A DNA stretch of 64,000 nt, taken from sequence record LT598654.1; one strand, written 5' to 3'. Positions 1-8,101 of the stretch are shown piece by piece (positions within the stretch are counted from its first letter, which is position 1; every line of letters begins with the position of its first letter). Below the pieces are notes generated by a model that made no database searches, was not told the DNA's origin, and was given only the letters and a program-made list of their open reading frames with translations. The position numbers and the translations under genes are program-made.

Positions 1-167
1 GTAAGGGCGGCTCTCTTGCTGTGCAAGACTTGGAAGCTCGTATCCAATCTCTGCGTAGTAAAGCTGACTCTTATGAACGTAGTGACTACTACCGTTGCTT
101 GGAAAACTCGGACAAGACTGTAGAGCAGTGTAACACTGAATTCCCTCAACGGACAGGTAACGAATAA
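1..167 (+). CDS. 3' end of a hypothetical protein (5'-truncated by window edge)
   Basis: Open frame KGGSLAVQDLEARIQ...TGNE* from base 3 to TAA 165-167, which overlaps the ATG at 167. Confidence 0.6.
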   Translation, partial: KGGSLAVQDLEARIQSLRSKADSYERSDYYRCLENSDKTVEQCNTEFPQRTGNE

Positions 168-583
168 TGGACATATTGGGTAAACTAATCTTTTGGTTAG
201 CTTACCCTCTTATCTGGCTTCTTCATCCTACACTGGTTAAGCTTAGATACGAGGGTATCAAAAACAACGAAGCTGTTAGAGGCGCGTTCTGTATTCTGGC
301 ACTGACAGCAATTACTTTCTACGCCTGCATAGCTTCGTTTATTGTTTTCAATTGGATTATTGTTGCAGCACCAGAGGCTACCTATGAGATTAAACGAGAA
401 ATACTTAGTACAAACAGGGGTATGCTCGAACAGCAACAAAGAGCGGCAGCCGCGAGTACTGTGCAAACGCAAATACAGGCAGCCGAGGTAGACTACAGTG
501 TTCCAGATACTGCACCCGCAGATGATGCACAAGACAGAATTGAATCACTGAAAAAGAAAATGCAGGAAAAGAATCCTGATTAA
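167..583 (+). CDS. Hypothetical membrane protein
   Basis: 138 aa; two hydrophobic segments followed by a Q/A-rich coiled tail; coupled to the upstream stop. Confidence 0.75.
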   Translation: MDILGKLIFWLAYPLIWLLHPTLVKLRYEGIKNNEAVRGAFCILALTAITFYACIASFIVFNWIIVAAPEATYEIKREILSTNRGMLEQQQRAAAASTVQTQIQAAEVDYSVPDTAPADDAQDRIESLKKKMQEKNPD

Positions 584-600
584 AAGGTGGGAGGTACAAA

Positions 601-1332
601 GTGGATTTAAGGAAGCTTAGCCAGTGGCAACTATATGACTACTATTCGTTCTGGTTTTTAGTCAGTGAAAAATCGCACCCATTAGGTAGCGTTCCTAACT
701 TGGCTATTGTGAGAATTACGGATGAACTGGATAGAGATATACAAGACCGTAGCCGTCATGTTATCTTTAAACAGAATAACAGCTTTACCGACATTACGTT
801 TCATCTTGGTAAAAGTATTGTATCCAGTCCAGGTAATGTTAGTACTCTTATAAAGTCTTTCAAGGATGTTATAGAGCACTACAATGTGTTTGCAGTGTTT
901 GACCATGTTTTGGATACGTCGGAAGACAATGTTCGTGCTGCATTCAATTCTCTGAAAATCCTGGCAGATAGCAATTGGGTACGCACAAAGGATCAGTTAG
1001 GATGGCCCTACTGCTTTACCCGTGGTCAGGAGAATGTCAATCCTCCTTTGTTACCTCCCGAAGTCGCACTCAGCAACAAGCTGGCTGTACGCGCACTTGG
1101 TGTTATGTTAAGTGACGACACCGACGAAATGCTATTCAATCAATCCCGTACTGGTGACAAACAGTGGTGGAATGTAGAAGCATATTATTGCTCGTATGTT
1201 CCAGGGTGTAGCAAACACTTGATAAAAACTGACCATAAAAACTTCGCTGACTTTGTATGTGTACAGCAAGACAGGTTAGCCAAACTACTAGGTGTACCGC
1301 GAAGTATGTTAGGAGAAACTCTTGATGAATAA
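601..1332 (+). CDS. Hypothetical protein
   Basis: 243 aa; GTG start with GGAGG RBS; no recognisable motif. Confidence 0.75.
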   Translation: MDLRKLSQWQLYDYYSFWFLVSEKSHPLGSVPNLAIVRITDELDRDIQDRSRHVIFKQNNSFTDITFHLGKSIVSSPGNVSTLIKSFKDVIEHYNVFAVFDHVLDTSEDNVRAAFNSLKILADSNWVRTKDQLGWPYCFTRGQENVNPPLLPPEVALSNKLAVRALGVMLSDDTDEMLFNQSRTGDKQWWNVEAYYCSYVPGCSKHLIKTDHKNFADFVCVQQDRLAKLLGVPRSMLGETLDE

Positions 1333-1774
1333 AACAAGACTGTCAATGTCAATAGGGTCACAAAGCTTGGCAGGAATCATGTTACCGAAGACATTCGAAG
1401 GTTATCCTTTAAGTCACGGTAACTACTTCTCAGTGTTAGACTTAGACTGGGTTATAAAGTACCAAGAAGGTCGTGCAACTCGCTTCCAGGTGTACGAAAA
1501 CCTTATCCGCGTTCTGAATATGAATGCGGAGAACTACCAAGCATTGGAGAAGTTCTGTCACTTTCAATCATGTGAAGCAGTTATGTACCATCAAGTTATC
1601 GAGAACGACCGCATAGTAAAATGGGCTGTTGTCTGTGACGAGAGAATTCCGAGTATCAAATGGCTAGATGAAGACTTCTGCTTTTTGAGCCACCATGTTC
1701 CACATCCTATTGTACGTCAGCAGATGGCAGATGATTACGAAAAAATACGAGAAGGGTTTCGCAATCGATGTTAG
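1322..1774 (+). CDS. Hypothetical protein
   Basis: 150 aa; overlaps both neighbours in operon fashion. Confidence 0.7.
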   Translation: MMNKTRLSMSIGSQSLAGIMLPKTFEGYPLSHGNYFSVLDLDWVIKYQEGRATRFQVYENLIRVLNMNAENYQALEKFCHFQSCEAVMYHQVIENDRIVKWAVVCDERIPSIKWLDEDFCFLSHHVPHPIVRQQMADDYEKIREGFRNRC

Positions 1775-2607
1775 ATCCTATTTTAAAATGGGTTGGTGGT
1801 AAACGTTGGATGAAAGACACTCTAACTGATCTGTGGTTAGCCAATCCGTCTGAGCGTTTTGTAGAGCCTTTTTGCGGAGCACTAGGTGCAAGCCTGTCTG
1901 TTAATCCTAAACGTGCTTTACTGAATGACTTTAACCCACACCTAATTCAGCTATTCAAAGGTATCAAACGCGGTGAAGAATTTGACATTCTTATGGAGAG
2001 TAACGAAGAACTTTTCTATCAATACCGCGAAGCATTCAATCACCTTGATTATACAGTAGGAGCAAACTGGGAAACCGCGCAACTATTCTTCTACTTGATA
2101 CAGACAGGATTCAATGGTCTGTGCCGTTACAATCTGAGTGGTGAGTTCAACGTACCTTTCGGCAAGTACAAGTCAGTAAACTACGAGCGTGACCTAGCTG
2201 CTTATCGAAAACAATTCAGGGGTTGGACGTTTAGTAACCGAGACTTTGCACAGGTTAGCATCCGACCTGGTGACTTTGTTTTTATTGATAGTCCCTACTA
2301 CGAAACGTTTAGCAGTTACACACCCCAAGGTTTTAGCTGGGAAGACCAGTTGAGATTGGTAGAGTTCGCGTCGTCAATTGAATGTCCTGTAGTATGTACA
2401 AATAATGCAGTACCTTCTTTGATGGAGGAGTATATAAGAAACGGCTTTGAAGTCAGGGTAATGTTGGCGCCGCGTAGTGTTTCATCAGACGGTAACAGGG
2501 AGGCTGCTTTTGAAATGGTAGCTACCAAGAACTTAGAACTAACTGATTTCTACCTTGCACACAGCCGAGAAGTAAAACTAAAAGTAAGTTGGTCACGGAG
2601 AAAGTAG
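1768..2607 (+). CDS. dam: DNA adenine methyltransferase (D12/Dam class)
   Basis: LKWVGGKRW, FVEPFCGA (SAM-binding motif I), LNDFN, GFNGLCRYN..G.FNVPFG, and DSPY (DPPY-type motif IV). Confidence 0.92.
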   Translation: MLDPILKWVGGKRWMKDTLTDLWLANPSERFVEPFCGALGASLSVNPKRALLNDFNPHLIQLFKGIKRGEEFDILMESNEELFYQYREAFNHLDYTVGANWETAQLFFYLIQTGFNGLCRYNLSGEFNVPFGKYKSVNYERDLAAYRKQFRGWTFSNRDFAQVSIRPGDFVFIDSPYYETFSSYTPQGFSWEDQLRLVEFASSIECPVVCTNNAVPSLMEEYIRNGFEVRVMLAPRSVSSDGNREAAFEMVATKNLELTDFYLAHSREVKLKVSWSRRK

Positions 2608-2969
2608 TGCAACAAGTATCACTCGCAATAAAATTGTTTCATGCAGGTCGGTTTACTACTTTCTTGCGTCAGTTTAGTGACTGGGATGGTAACGAGTTCT
2701 TTGGTGAAAAAGAATTTAAACACAGTCCAGAAGCACAGTACCGATTAGGCTGGAACTTAACTGACTGGCCCTGGGAATGGACTGTTACGGTGGATGCAAG
2801 CCGAAAGAATTACATTCTCATGGAAACTTCTATGGCGTATCGTGTAGAAAACATCCAACCTCAACTGGTATCTATGATGTTGGAACTACGGGCTTTTGGT
2901 GAGGTATTGAAAGAACCAGATTCTAAGTTATTAGATTTAGACGATGTGTATTCTATGTTCAACAAGTAA
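2589..2969 (+). CDS. Hypothetical protein
   Basis: 126-aa ORF continuing the operon. Confidence 0.65.
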   Translation: MVTEKVVQQVSLAIKLFHAGRFTTFLRQFSDWDGNEFFGEKEFKHSPEAQYRLGWNLTDWPWEWTVTVDASRKNYILMETSMAYRVENIQPQLVSMMLELRAFGEVLKEPDSKLLDLDDVYSMFNK

Positions 2970-2975
2970 AGCGTT

Positions 2976-2989
2976 TATAATTTTATACT
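2976..2989 (+). promoter_or_regulatory. Candidate -10 elements upstream of the HDOD gene
   Basis: TATAAT (2976-2981) and TATACT (2984-2989) in an AT-rich gap before AGGAG RBS; no clear -35. Confidence 0.35.
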
Positions 2990-3010
2990 TGTTAAACAAG
3001 GAGACCTTTT

Positions 3011-3859
3011 ATGGTTAATGAATTTAGACACTTATTTGCAATTCTGTTAGACAAGATTACCAGTGATACCCTTGTGCTTCCTACGCTACCGGAAATTGCT
3101 ATGAGAGTAAGCCAGGAGGCGAACAAACCTGACGTAGAGTTAAGGGACATTGCAGAAGTTATCAAGAATGACCCTGCGTTAACGGCACGTATTATTCGTA
3201 TCGCTAACAGTGCTCAACGCGGTAGCCGAGTTAACAAGGTAACGGACTTGAACAGAGCCCTTACCCGCATCGGCTTAATCCAAATCAAGAACGTTTCACT
3301 TGCACTAGCAATGGAACAAATCTTTGTTACCAAGAACCCTGTTATCAAGAAAGCTTTCGAAGATACTTGGAAGCGGACGTTAAAGATAAACAGTAACATG
3401 ATGGCATTACACAAAAGCTATGTTATCAATACAGGTAATCGAGATATTGCGGCGGACGAACTCGCGCTAACAGGTATGGTTCACCTTATCGGTATGCTAC
3501 CTATCATAGCAGAAGCAAACAATAACAAACAGTTTGCGGATGAAAAGTTTTTGGAGCAGGCTAACAATCTTCTAGCCAGTCGTATTGGTAAATCTATCAC
3601 AAGTACTTGGGAATTTCCATCGTCGTGTATCTATGCTGTTGAGGTATGGAACAAGTACAAGTTACGCCGGAGTGAAGTGACCTACGTTGATTTTATTCGT
3701 GGTGCTTATGCTATTGAAGACCTTATTGCAGACCGCGTAATTGCGGAGCAAGTGTTTGACGACTTGACTTCCAAAGGCATCCTACCGTCTATTGAATACA
3801 TCCAATCAGACGTTTACAAACGTGATGTTGTACTCGCTAACGAAATATACGGTGATTAA
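3011..3859 (+). CDS. Stand-alone HDOD-domain protein
   Basis: LPTLPEIA...IAEVIKNDPALTARIIRIANS...DLNRALTRIG is the HDOD N-terminal signature; GMVHLIG at the HD position; WEFP near the C-terminus. Confidence 0.88.
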   Translation: MVNEFRHLFAILLDKITSDTLVLPTLPEIAMRVSQEANKPDVELRDIAEVIKNDPALTARIIRIANSAQRGSRVNKVTDLNRALTRIGLIQIKNVSLALAMEQIFVTKNPVIKKAFEDTWKRTLKINSNMMALHKSYVINTGNRDIAADELALTGMVHLIGMLPIIAEANNNKQFADEKFLEQANNLLASRIGKSITSTWEFPSSCIYAVEVWNKYKLRRSEVTYVDFIRGAYAIEDLIADRVIAEQVFDDLTSKGILPSIEYIQSDVYKRDVVLANEIYGD

Positions 3860-3870
3860 TACTGTAAAAC

Positions 3871-3896
3871 AAAGGGAGTAATATACTCCCTTTTTT
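3871..3896 (+). terminator. Rho-independent terminator
   Basis: GGGAGTA/TACTCCC stem followed by T6, directly after the HDOD stop. Confidence 0.75.
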
Positions 3897-3908
3897 ATTA
3901 GGTGAACT

Positions 3909-4181
3909 ATGGAAATATCAACTTTAGCAATTGAACGCCTGTACAATATAATGTTGGCGCGCTACAACTTCCTGCGTCAAAAGTTAGATGCACTCAAAGG
4001 TTATCCTAAATCAGGTAACCGAATAGGTGTGTTTCAGCACATGACAGTACAGTCAGGTTTGAGCATGTTGCGCAAGTTGGAAACAGACATTGTTAACCTT
4101 GAGCAAGAAATAAAACAGCTAGAGAACGAACAAACTAGCGAAACTATCTTTTATGAATTAATGGCGAAATACGACTTATGA
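3909..4181 (+). CDS. Hypothetical coiled-coil protein
   Basis: 90 aa; AGGTG RBS; heptad-like LETDIVNLEQEIKQLE. Confidence 0.7.
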   Translation: MEISTLAIERLYNIMLARYNFLRQKLDALKGYPKSGNRIGVFQHMTVQSGLSMLRKLETDIVNLEQEIKQLENEQTSETIFYELMAKYDL

Positions 4182-5194
4182 TTACACGAATTGGAAACAC
4201 GCTGAGTAAAATTGACGCTAAAGGTACTTATCAGATTTGGTATCACGGCGGATGTAATGATGGTCTTATGAGTGCGGCTGTTACTTACAGCTGGTTACGA
4301 AACATGGGTGTGCCGAAAGAAAATATTATGGCAGAACCCGTTAGCTATCGTCATACACCGAAGCCGTTTAACAATCCTCATGGTATCTTTATTGTTGACT
4401 TCTCAATCGATCCTGAACTTCTTAATCAGTACGCACTGCAAGTTGGGGAGCAATCAGGTGGGTTTGTCCTTACTATAGATCACCACGACTCTGCGCTATC
4501 TAAACATTCTGATTGGTTGGTATCAAATCGTGCAGCAGAAAACAACCTGTTTATCTTTGATAACAATTATTCAGGTGCTGGTCTGTGCTACGCTCTTTTC
4601 TATGACAGTTATCCAGACCAATCGGTTTTGCCTGACGCGGTAGCTGATGTGCAAGACCGTGACCTGTGGAAATTTGAACGTCCGAACTCCAGAGAATTTC
4701 ATCTGTTCCTGTTGAGCCTCAAGTTAGAAGACCGTTACTCTCCCGACTATGTATCAAACTATTTTATGGATGGTACTGACAGCATGATGCAGGCTGCCTA
4801 CAACAGTGCTGTAGAAATCGGCAGTTCAATGAAAAGCATGTTCGACCTCACGGTTAGAAACATTGCGGAGGAAGCCGCAACCGGAACGTTGATCGACGGT
4901 GAAGGTAACCAAATCAAAACTATCTTTTGTAATGTTAGTGCATATATGTTCATTTCGGACACCGCTGATCATATTATCAAGTACGAACTCCTACGCAGTG
5001 ATGAACCTTTTGTGGTAATGCTGTACAACGTAGCAAAAGACGGTGCTATCAAACTCAGCTTCCGAAGTGCAGATGGGAAAAGTAACGGACTTGCTAAACG
5101 GTTTGCTGAACTGTTCGGTGGAGGTGGTCATCCAAATAGTGGTGGTGCTTACACTACACTGGAAAGACTTGCTGAACTTTTACCTAAGGATTGA
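4178..5194 (+). CDS. DHH/DHHA1 family phosphoesterase
   Basis: YHGGCNDG, IVDFS, IDHH, DRDLW, SFRS and GGGH motifs. Confidence 0.88.
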   Translation: MITRIGNTLSKIDAKGTYQIWYHGGCNDGLMSAAVTYSWLRNMGVPKENIMAEPVSYRHTPKPFNNPHGIFIVDFSIDPELLNQYALQVGEQSGGFVLTIDHHDSALSKHSDWLVSNRAAENNLFIFDNNYSGAGLCYALFYDSYPDQSVLPDAVADVQDRDLWKFERPNSREFHLFLLSLKLEDRYSPDYVSNYFMDGTDSMMQAAYNSAVEIGSSMKSMFDLTVRNIAEEAATGTLIDGEGNQIKTIFCNVSAYMFISDTADHIIKYELLRSDEPFVVMLYNVAKDGAIKLSFRSADGKSNGLAKRFAELFGGGGHPNSGGAYTTLERLAELLPKD

Positions 5195-5197
5195 CGT

Positions 5198-5452
5198 ATG
5201 CAAATTCGAACAGGTGGAATGATAATCTTTGATCTGACTGCAATTGGTGTCTTTTGCATTTTCGCATCCAAAGGCATCTACTACACAGCAGAATGGATTG
5301 ATAGCCAGTTACCAAACTTCTTCTACGGTTGGCTTTTTGTGTGCCTTTCTTTCGTGATAAACAAAGTCTACTGGCTGGATGCCTATATCAAGAAGTATTA
5401 CCCAGTGTGGTGGCACAATCGACTAAACTTCTACAAAGGGGATGAATTCTAA
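5198..5452 (+). CDS. Small hypothetical membrane protein
   Basis: 84 aa with two hydrophobic/aromatic segments. Confidence 0.6.
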   Translation: MQIRTGGMIIFDLTAIGVFCIFASKGIYYTAEWIDSQLPNFFYGWLFVCLSFVINKVYWLDAYIKKYYPVWWHNRLNFYKGDEF

Positions 5453-5871
5453 TGTCTACAGTCACAGAAAATATGGGAGTAGCCCTAGCAATGCTGTTCC
5501 CTGATGCGACACAGGAACAAGCGGCAGTATTCGAGCAGACCATTAATGCGCTGGCTGTCCAGTTCGAGGGTGAGGTCGAAGTAAGTCCTCTAGCAATATC
5601 CACACCGGCTAGTGCTAATCGTGTGTTCCAGAATCTGGTATACCTACACAACGATTTGGTAAATCAAATACGTGCCACAACAGGTCAGATGTTTGTTCAT
5701 TACAAACCTACTGCCGTGAGCAGTTCAGCAGAGTTGCTGGTTAAGATTAAAGGTCTTATCACTAGCATAAAGCAGTACCGTACTATTCTTAATACTGCAC
5801 ACACTCCGATGGATTCTTCACTTGTCGATGGTATTAACGAGGACCTTGAAACTATTTATGGCACTTCCTAA
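5452..5871 (+). CDS. Hypothetical protein
   Basis: 139 aa; start overlaps the upstream stop. Confidence 0.7.
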   Translation: MSTVTENMGVALAMLFPDATQEQAAVFEQTINALAVQFEGEVEVSPLAISTPASANRVFQNLVYLHNDLVNQIRATTGQMFVHYKPTAVSSSAELLVKIKGLITSIKQYRTILNTAHTPMDSSLVDGINEDLETIYGTS

Positions 5872-6424
5872 TCAATCGGACAAGAAGTTAATTGCGGATA
5901 TTAAAACGGAACTAACTCGAATAATCATTGAAGAAAAAGCAACGATAAACGAAGGTATGTTGGTAAAGCAAGCCCTTATGAAGGCACTTGACCAAGCACA
6001 GTACAACCAGAAGACTATCCGCACCAGACCTATGGAATGGACTGACTTGCCTTTGACGCGAAGAACTCGTATCCGAAATTGGCTTGCGTACAAGATATTT
6101 AAGCGTGAGAAGATACGTAGATTTCGTTGGTATCATCTGTTGTTTGGGTATAAAGTTCGTGCTAATGCCACTGCTAAAATCTCAATCAGTGATTTGCGCA
6201 TTAAGATTGATGTACCCGTTGCAGATAGTGATTACCAGGATTCAAGGTACAGTGAAGCACTCGCTGTCTTGAATAAGAAAATGCAGGATAGTATAGAACA
6301 GTCTGTGTTTGCAGCTATTGAAACTCCATACAATAAAGTGTGGACAGACATTGAATTGAAAAGACAGGCAGAAGTACAAACTTTGCAATTCGATTTTAAA
6401 GTAGAGGGAAAGGATGAAAGTTGA
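5858..6424 (+). CDS. Hypothetical protein
   Basis: Probable start at MALPNQ (5858) with GAGG upstream; the ORF track starts at 5822. Confidence 0.7.
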   Translation: MALPNQSDKKLIADIKTELTRIIIEEKATINEGMLVKQALMKALDQAQYNQKTIRTRPMEWTDLPLTRRTRIRNWLAYKIFKREKIRRFRWYHLLFGYKVRANATAKISISDLRIKIDVPVADSDYQDSRYSEALAVLNKKMQDSIEQSVFAAIETPYNKVWTDIELKRQAEVQTLQFDFKVEGKDES

Positions 6425-7025
6425 ATTAGTTGTAGCAAGTAACCAAGAAGGAGTAATCGGTAACTACTCTGGCGGTAAGCATACTATCCCGTGGAATGTT
6501 CCTAGTGATTTGGCTCAGTTCAAAGAGTTCACGTTGAGCAAAACCTTAATCATGGGATTCAATACTTGGCAAAGTATCGGTTGTCGTATGTTGCCTAAAC
6601 GAGACCATATCATTGTGACTTCACGCTGGTGTAGCATCAATCCTTTTGACTTTGATGAAGTGATGGCTTCTGCTCTAGGTAAAGGCATCAACGCAAAGTG
6701 GGAAACCAACAAAGAGAAAGTGAAACAAGGTAGCCTTGTATTCCTTCCAATTCACATGTTGGTTGAATACATGCGAAAGCACGACCACGATTATGTATGT
6801 TCTGGTGGTGCTCAGCTTTACAAATGGTTCTTAGACAACAACTTGGTTGACTTGGTTAGGTACACAACTATTTGTACTGGAGACACAGAGTATTCCAATC
6901 CTATTAAGTTAGATACCTCACTGTTCTCCAAGTATGAACTTGTCGGTAACCGTGAGAACTATCTTGGTGTACCCGGTAAAGACCAACATGCTTTCTTTGT
7001 AGAATATTTAAAGCCTAAAAAATAA
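6414..7025 (+). CDS. folA: Dihydrofolate reductase
   Basis: VVA...GVIG...IPWNVPSDLAQFKEFT..KTLIMGFNTWQSIG.RMLPKRDHIIVT and GGAQLY. Confidence 0.92.
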   Translation: MKVELVVASNQEGVIGNYSGGKHTIPWNVPSDLAQFKEFTLSKTLIMGFNTWQSIGCRMLPKRDHIIVTSRWCSINPFDFDEVMASALGKGINAKWETNKEKVKQGSLVFLPIHMLVEYMRKHDHDYVCSGGAQLYKWFLDNNLVDLVRYTTICTGDTEYSNPIKLDTSLFSKYELVGNRENYLGVPGKDQHAFFVEYLKPKK

Positions 7026-7142
7026 TTCAGAATTTCGATCCTTACTAATTTAAAATTGAGTTACTACTTGCTCAGTTACTCGGTTCCCGTGGCTTTTGTT
7101 TTACAATAGCCCCCGATTAGAAGTGTCTCGGGTATAATAAGA

Positions 7143-7430
7143 TACTATTCAGAACTACCTTAGTTCGCTAGCAAGACGGAGTGTATAAATTGACAGTCCG
7201 GTCAACACAAGGGCTTGCTAAACAGTAAGGTAGAAGTAAGGATCGAACAGTAGCAGTCTACATGGATGTGATTGTTTTGTTTTGGGTTGGTAATGGTTAA
7301 TTGCTGTTGAACAACGTGTCCGTTCTCAGTAAGAGGTTTTTCACAATTTCCTCTATTTAGTCTGCGTAAGCGATGGCCCAAACAAATTTACTCTTAGCGA
7401 TACGGTAACTACTGTTTTGACTTACATTCC
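7143..7430 (+). ncRNA. Candidate structured non-coding RNA
   Basis: ORF-free gap. Nested stems 7155-62/7226-33 (8 bp perfect), 7169-75/7214-20 (7 bp perfect) and 7190-94/7201-05; long-range pairs 7246-53/7409-16 (8 bp perfect) and 7277-88/7375-85. TATAAT lies just upstream. G-U pairs favour the + strand. Confidence 0.45.
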
Positions 7431-7528
7431 TTTCACCATGTCATGTCAAAATTCCTCAAGAAATTCGCAAATAAAATAATACTAATTTTTACATACGCTT
7501 CTTCACTTTCTCACGAGTACAAAGTTTT

Positions 7529-7813
7529 ATGTGGACTGATTCTAATTCACGACCCGGAATGGTTTGCTTTTCAAATCCTTCCAAAGATAACCCCATTGAT
7601 TTAAGCAGAGTGAAACCTGGAATCACTAAGCTTGCAGTAAAACCTTTTAAAGGATGTTGCGGTAGTCTTCTTGGCTTTTCCGAGTATACGATACTTGACG
7701 TAGGCGAATACAAAGACAAATCATGCACCATACCTCTTTTCAGAGTCGAAGGTAATCTTTTCTTCTCACCGGCTCAGATTTCGTATCTCATTACTCCTGA
7801 CGATTCCGAATAG
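7529..7813 (+). CDS. Hypothetical protein
   Basis: 94-aa ORF followed by a terminator; weak RBS. Confidence 0.45.
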   Translation: MWTDSNSRPGMVCFSNPSKDNPIDLSRVKPGITKLAVKPFKGCCGSLLGFSEYTILDVGEYKDKSCTIPLFRVEGNLFFSPAQISYLITPDDSE

Positions 7814-7826
7814 AATCTAACAAATC

Positions 7827-7852
7827 AACCTGACATTAGTTCAGGTTTTTTT
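7827..7852 (+). terminator. Rho-independent terminator ending the + strand block
   Basis: AACCTGA/TCAGGTT stem followed by a T-run. Confidence 0.7.
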
Positions 7853-8022
7853 GTGGCAAAATACTGAGAAAAACAGCTTTTATAGCTATCATACGTGACT
7901 AGAAAATTGAGTATAAAAGGAAGCAGGAATGCGTATGTAGGATATAGAGGAGGTAGGATTCTACGTATCTAAAATCGCTTGATTTCAACGTAGTAGGCTG
8001 ACAATTATTGAAGAATTTAACC

Positions 8023-8054
8023 AAAAAAGAAGGAGAACACGAATGCTCTCCTTC
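8023..8054 (-). terminator. Rho-independent terminator ending the - strand block
   Basis: GAAGGAGA/TCTCCTTC stem with A6 on + (U-run on -); a second hairpin lies at ~8056-8092. Confidence 0.7.
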
Positions 8055-8101
8055 AAAGGTGTCGTCGTAGAGGCTAATAAACGACGACCTTGCAGGACCA
8101 C

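Noticed and set aside
601-1332. DpdA/TGT-like partner for the QueD-like enzyme
   Set aside because: It lacks the DSG catalytic motif and the CxCxxC/H zinc site.
7143-7430. tmRNA, RNase P, 6S, tRNA or group I intron identity for the structured region
   Set aside because: No tRNA-like ends or CCA, no RNase P P4 consensus, and no correctly ordered P7 pair. The GCAGACTAAA on - has no downstream TAGTC partner.
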